Shown piece after piece: positions 58,101 through 64,000 of a DNA stretch of 64,000 nucleotides. The notes beneath the pieces were generated by a model. It saw only the letters and a list, made by a program, of their open reading frames with translations. It was not told the origin of the DNA and made no database searches. The first letter of the stretch is position 1; each line of letters starts with the position of its first letter. The stretch lies in assembly GCF_009914755.1 (NCBI RefSeq), contig NC_060925.1; one strand, written 5' to 3'. Both the position numbers and the translations under genes were made by a program. This DNA is from the human T2T-CHM13v2.0 reference genome, Homo sapiens.

Positions 58101-61100
58101 ATTGAATGGAATCGAATGGAATCATCATCAGATGGAAATGAATGGAATCGTCATAGAATGGAATCGAATGGATTCATTGAATGGAATCAGATGGAATCAT
58201 CGAATGGACTGGAATGGAATCATTGAATGGACTCGAAAGGGATCATGATTGAATGGAATTGAATGGAATCATCGAATGGTCTCGATTGGAATCATTATCA
58301 AATGGAATCGAATGGAATCACCGAATAGAATCGAATGGAACAATCATCGAATGGACTCAAATGGAATTATCCTCCAATGGAATCGAATGGAATTATCGAA
58401 TGCAATCGAATGGAATTATCGAATGCAATCGAATAGAATCACCGAATGGACTCGAATGGAATCATCGAATGGAATGGAATGGAAAAGTCAATGAACACGA
58501 ATGGAATCATCACTGAATGGAATCGAATGGAATCATCGAGTGGAATCGAATGGAATTATGATCAAATGGAATCGAATGTAATCATCATCAAATGGAATCA
58601 AAAATAACCATCATCAATTGGTATTGAATGGAATTGTTATCAAATGGAATTCAAAGAAATCATCATCAAATGGAACTGAATGGAATCCTCATTGAATGGA
58701 AATGAAAGGGGTCATCATCTAATGGAATAGCATGGAATAGTCATCAAATGGAATCGAATGAAATCATCATCAAATTGAATCTAATGGAAACATTGAACAG
58801 AATTGAATGGAATCGTCATCGAATGAATTGAATGCAATCATCGAATGGTCTCGAATGGAATCATCTTCTAATGGAAAGGAATGGAATCATCGCATAGAAT
58901 CGAATGGAATTAACATTGAATGGACTCGAATGGAATCAACATCAAATGGAATCAAGCGGAATTATCGAATGAAATCGAAGAGAATCATCGAATGGACTCG
59001 AATGGAATCATCTAATGGAATGGAATGGTATAATCCACGGACTCGAATGCAATCATCATCGTATAGAATCGAATGGAATCATCGAATGGACTCGAATGGA
59101 ATAACCATTGAACGGAATCGAATGGAATCATCATCGGATGGAAACGAATGGAATCATCATCGAATGGAAATCAAAGGAGTCATCATCTAATGGAATTGCA
59201 TGGAATCATCATAAAATGGAATCGAATGGAATCATCATCAAATGGAATCAAATGGAAGCATTGAACGGAATTGAATGGAATCGTCATCGAATGAATTGAA
59301 TGCAATCATCGAATGGTCTCGAATGGAATCATCTTCAAATGGAATGGAATGGAATCATCGCATAGAATCGAATGGAATTATCATCGAATGGAATCGAATG
59401 GTATCAACATCAAACGGAAAAAAACGGAATTATCGAATGGAATCAAAGAGAATCTTCGAATGGACCCGAATGGAATCATCTAATGGAATGGAATGGAATA
59501 ATCCATGGACTCGAATGCAATCATCATCGAATGGAATCGAATGGAATCATCGAATGGACTCGAATGGAATAATCATTGAACGGAATCGAATGGAATCATC
59601 ATCGGATGGAAATGAAAGGAGTCATCATCTAATGGAATTGCATGGAATCATCATAAAATGGAATCGAATGGAATCAACATCAAATGGAATCAAATGGAAT
59701 CATTGAACGGAATTGAATGGAATCGTCATCGAATGAATTGAATGCAATCATCGAATGGTCTCGAATGGAATCATCTTCAAATGGAATGGAATGGAATCAT
59801 CGCATAGAATCGAATGGAATTATCATCGAATGGAATCGAAAGAAATCAACATCAAACGGAAAAAAACGGAATTATCGAATGGAATCGAAGAGAATCATCG
59901 AATGGACCCGAATGGAATCATCTAATGGAATGGAATGGAATAATCCATGGACTCGAATGCAATCATCATCGAATGGAATCGAATGGAATCATCGAATGGA
60001 CTCGAATGGAATAATCATTGAACGGAATCGAATGGAATCATCATCGGATGGAAACGAATGGAATCATCATCGCATGGAAATGAAAGGAGTCATCATCTAA
60101 TGGAATTGCATGGAATCATCATAAAATGGAATCGAATGGAATCAACATCAAATGGAATCAAATGGAATCATTGAACGGAATTGAATGGAACCGTCATCGA
60201 ATGAATTGAATGCAATCATCGAATGGTCTCGAATGGAATCATCTTCAAATGGAATGGAATGGAATCATCGCATAGAATCGAATGGAATTATCATCGAATG
60301 GAATCGAATGGAATCAACATCAAACGGAAAAAAACGGAATTATCGAATGGAATCGAAGAGAATCATCGAATGGACCCGAATGGAATCATCTAATGGAATG
60401 GAATGGAATAATCCATGGACTCGAATGGAATCATCATCGAATGGAATCGAATGGAATCATCGAATGGACTCGAATGGAATAATCATTGAACGGAATCGAA
60501 TGGAATCGTCATCGGATGGAAATGAATGGAATCATCATCGAATGGAATCGAATAGAATTATGGAATGAAATCCAGTGTGATCATCATCGAATGGACACGA
60601 ATGGAATCATCATCCAACGGAAGCTAATGGAATCAACATCGAATGAATCGAATGGAAACACCATCGAATTGAAACGAATGGAATTATCATGAAATTGAAA
60701 TGGATGGACCCATCATCGAATGGATTCGAATGGAATCATCGAATAAAATTGATTGAAATCATCATCGAATGGAATCGAATGGTGTCATTGAATGGGATCA
60801 AATGGAATCATCGTCAGATGGAAATGAATGGAATCGTCATAGAATGGAATCGAATGGATTCATTGAATGGAATCAGATGGAATCATCGAATGGACTGGAA
60901 TGGAATCATTGAATGGACTCGAATGGAATCATTATTGAATGGAATTGAATGGAATCATCGAATGGTCTCGATTGGAATCATTATCAAATGGAATCGAATG
61001 GAATCACCGAATAGAATCGAATGGAACAATCATCGAATCGACTCAAATGGAATTATCCTCAAATGGAATCGAATGGAATTATCGAATGCAATCGAATGGA

Positions 61101-62711
61101 ATTATCGAATGCAATCGAATAGAATCATCGAATGGACTCGAATGGAATCATCGAATGGAATGGAATGGAACAGTCTATGAACTCGAATGGAATCATCATT
61201 GAATGGAATCGAATGGAATCATCGAGTGGAATCGAATGGAATTATGATCAAATGGAATCGAATGTAATCCTCATCAAATGGAATCAAAAATAACGATCAT
61301 CAATTGGTATTGAATGGTATTGTCATCAAATGGAATTGAAAGGAATCATCATCAAATGGAACCGAATGGAATCCTCATTAAATGGAAATGAAAGTGGTCA
61401 TCATCTAATGGAATCGCATGGAATCATCATCAAATGGAATCGAATGGAATCATCATGAAATGGAATCTAAGGGAATCATTGAACAGAATTGAATGGAATC
61501 GTCATCGAATGAATTGAATGCAATCATCGAATGGTCTCGAATGGAATCATCTTCTAATGGAAAGGAATGGAATCATCGCATAGAATCGAATGGAATTATC
61601 ATCGAATGGAATCCAATGGTATCAACATCAAACGGAAAAAAACGGAATTATGGAATGGAATCGAAGAGAATCTTCGAACGGACCCGAATGGAATCATCTA
61701 ATGGAATGGAATGGAATAATCCATGGACTCGAATGCAATCATCATCAAATGGAATCGAATGGAATCATCGAATGGACTCGAATGGAATAATCATTGAACG
61801 GAATCGAATGGAATCATCATCGGATGGAAACGAATGGAATCATCATCGAATGGAAATGAAAGGAGTCATCATCTAATGGAATTGCATGGAATCATCATCA
61901 AATGGAATCGAATGGAATCAACATCAAATGGAATCAAATGGAATCATTGAACGGAATTGAATGGAATCGTCATCGAATGAATTGAATGCAATCATCGAAT
62001 GGTCTCGAATGGAATCATCTTCAAATGGAATGGAATGGAATCATCGCATAGAATCGAATGGAATTATCATCGAATGGAATGGAATGGAATCAACATCAAA
62101 CGGAAAAAAACGGAATTATCGAATGGAATCGAAGAGAATCATCGAATGGACCCGAATGGAATCATCTAATGGAATGGAATGGAATAATCCATGGACTCGA
62201 ATGCAATCATCATCGAATGGAATCGAATGGAATCATCGAATGGACTCGAATGGAATAATCATTGAACGGAATCGAATGGAATCGTCATCGGATGGAAATG
62301 AATGGAATCATCATCGAATGGAATCGAATAGAATTATGGAATGAAATCCAGTGTGATCATCATCGAATGGACCCGAATGGAATCATCATCCAACGGAAGC
62401 TAACGGAATCAACATCGAATGAATCGAATGGAAACACCATCGAATTGAAACGAATGGAATTACCATGAAATTGAAATGGATGGACTCGTCATCGAATGGA
62501 TTCGAATGGAATCATCGAATAAAATTGATTGAAATCATCATCGAATGGTATCGAATGGTATCATTGAATGGAATCGAATGGAATCATCCTCAGATGGAAA
62601 TGAATGGAATCGTCATAGAATGGAATCGAATGGATTCATTGAATGGAATCAGATGGAATCATCGAATGGACTGGAATGGAATCATTGAATGGACTCGAAA
62701 GGGATCATTAT
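49300..62711. repeat. Near-identical 6,706-bp tandem duplication (2244+2686+1776)
   Basis: 49303/56009, 49857/56563, 51297/58003, 53983/60689 and 55759/62465 are offset by 6,706, with shared private variants (ATTACCCTC, GAGTAGAACC, GATAGACTC, CGAAAGAAATC, GGAACCGTC, CAGTCTATG). Breakpoint approximate. Confidence 0.92.
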
Positions 62712-64000
62712 TGAATGGAATTGAATGGAATCATCGAATGGTCCCGATTGGAATCATTATCAAATGGAATCGAATGGAATCACCGAATAGAATCGAATGG
62801 AACAATCATCGAATGGACTCCAATGGAATTATCCTCAAATGGAATCGAATGGAATTATCGAATGCAATCGAATGGAATTATCGAATGCAATCGAATGGAA
62901 TCATCGAATGGACTCGAATGGAATCATCGAATGGAATGGAATGGAACAGTCAATGAACTCGAATGGAATCATCATTGAATGGAATCGAATGGAATCATCG
63001 AGTGGAATCGAATGGAATTATGATCAAATGGAATCGAATGTAATCATCATCAAATGGAATCAAAAATAACCATCATCAATTGGTATTGAATGGAATTCTC
63101 ATCAAATGGAATTCAAAGGAATCATCATCAAATGGAACTGAATGGAATCCTCATTGAATGGAAATGAAAGGGGTCATCATCTAATGGAATCGCATGGAAT
63201 CATCATCAAATGGAATCGAATGGAATCATCATCAAATGGAATCTGATGGAATCATTGAACAGAATTGAATGGAATCGTCATCGAATGAATTGAATGCAAT
63301 CATCGAATGGTCTCGAATGTAATCACATTCTAATGGAAAGGAATGGAATCATCGCATAGAATCGAATGGAATTAACATTGAATGGACTCGAATGGAATCA
63401 ACATCAAACGGAATCAAGCGGAATTATCGAATGGAATCGAAGAGAATCATCGAATGGTCTCGAATGGAATCATCTTCTAATGGAAAGGAATGGAATCATC
63501 TCAGAATCGAATGGAATTAACATTGAATGGACTCGAATGGAATCAACATCAAATGCAATCAAGCGGAATTATCGAATGAAATCGAAGAGAATCATCGAAT
63601 GGACTCGAATGGAATCATCTAATGGAATGGAATGGAATAATCCACGGACTCGAATGCAATCATCATCGTATAGAATCGAATGGAATCATCGAAAGGACTC
63701 GAATGGAATAACCATTGAACGGAATCGAATGGAATCATCATCGGATGGAAACGAATGGAATCATCATCGAATGGAAATGAAAGGAGTCATCATCTAATGG
63801 AATTGCATGGAATCATCATCAAATGGAATCGAATGGAATCATCATCAAATGGAATCAAATGGAATCATTGAACGGAATTGAATGGAATCGTCATCGAATG
63901 AATTGAATGCAATCATCGAATGGTCTCGAATGGAATCATCTTCAAATGGAATGGAATGGAATCATCGCATAGAATCTAATGGAATTATCATCGAATGGAA

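Larger units (their letters stand above)
1..64000. repeat. Human Satellite 2 (HSat2/HSATII) pericentromeric tandem array, GAATG strand on +
   Basis: The entire window consists of diverged GGAAT pentamers interleaved with CATCATCGAAT/ATCGAAT motifs (reverse complement CATTCGATTC, the HSat2 hallmark as opposed to purer (CATTC)n HSat3). No non-satellite stretch or orientation switch was seen. Confidence 0.97.

Noticed and set aside
31-63797. Hundreds of + strand ORFs of 60-178 aa (MKLKWMDSSSNG..., MESSSNELNAII..., MELSSNGIEW...)
   Set aside because: They are the three-frame readings of GGAAT/CATC repeats (MEWN, NGIE, ESS), overlap in several frames, recur with the satellite period, and are freely broken by stops and 1-, 2-, 23- and 26-bp indels. 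No recognisable protein domain is present.
1-64000. CRISPR-like regular repeats of 23-26 bp
   Set aside because: There are no unique spacers (intervening sequence is itself satellite), no leader and no cas genes.
1-64000. HSat3 / DYZ1 identity, or a telomere-like or simple (GGAAT)n microsatellite
   Set aside because: Perfect GGAAT runs rarely exceed three or four copies, CATCATCGAAT motifs dominate, and the period is 1.78 kb rather than the ~3.5 kb of DYZ1.
1-64000. Embedded Alu/L1 insertion, inversion or unique-sequence island
   Set aside because: Every inter-anchor distance is accounted for by satellite modules and small indels, leaving no room for a foreign insert. No CATTC-strand segment was seen on +.
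1-64000. Heat-shock elements from abundant nGAAn
   Set aside because: GAA units are almost all in direct orientation. Inverted TTC-GAA arrangements are sparse (for example TTCGAA) and I could not identify a canonical three-unit HSE; HSF1 stress bodies are mainly associated with HSat3.

Overview
The whole 64 kb window is one uninterrupted, single-orientation array of human-type Satellite 2 (HSat2/HSATII, a diverged (GAATG/CATTC)n satellite rich in GAATCATCATCGAATG and TCGA). Its ~1,776-bp unit normally carries one EcoRI site, which matches the classical 1.77-kb chromosome 1q12 satellite (D1Z1/pUC1.77 type). The locus assignment is inference from known periodicity, not from an alignment. I see no genes, RNA genes, transposons, CRISPR arrays or inversions, and every listed ORF is a translation artefact of the repeat. 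I used those ORF starts only as rulers. Using the once-per-unit anchor ATGAAATTGAAATGG there are 33 anchors and 32 complete units: 13 x 1776, 2 x 1775, 3 x 1308, 2 x 1799, 3 x 2243, 1 x 2241, 2 x 2244, 3 x 2686, and one each of 1923, 1921 and 2914 bp. Most length variation comes from 1-4 copies of an internal 468-bp module plus small 23/26/147-bp indels. Above the unit level there are two nested higher-order structures. On the left, a 12,454-bp 7-unit block contains a recent 5,795-bp tandem duplication. On the right, an 8,627-bp 4-unit block contains a recent 6,706-bp tandem duplication. I found no support for a new gene-encoded biological system; what is worth following up is the array's recombination history and its putative DUX4-type motifs.
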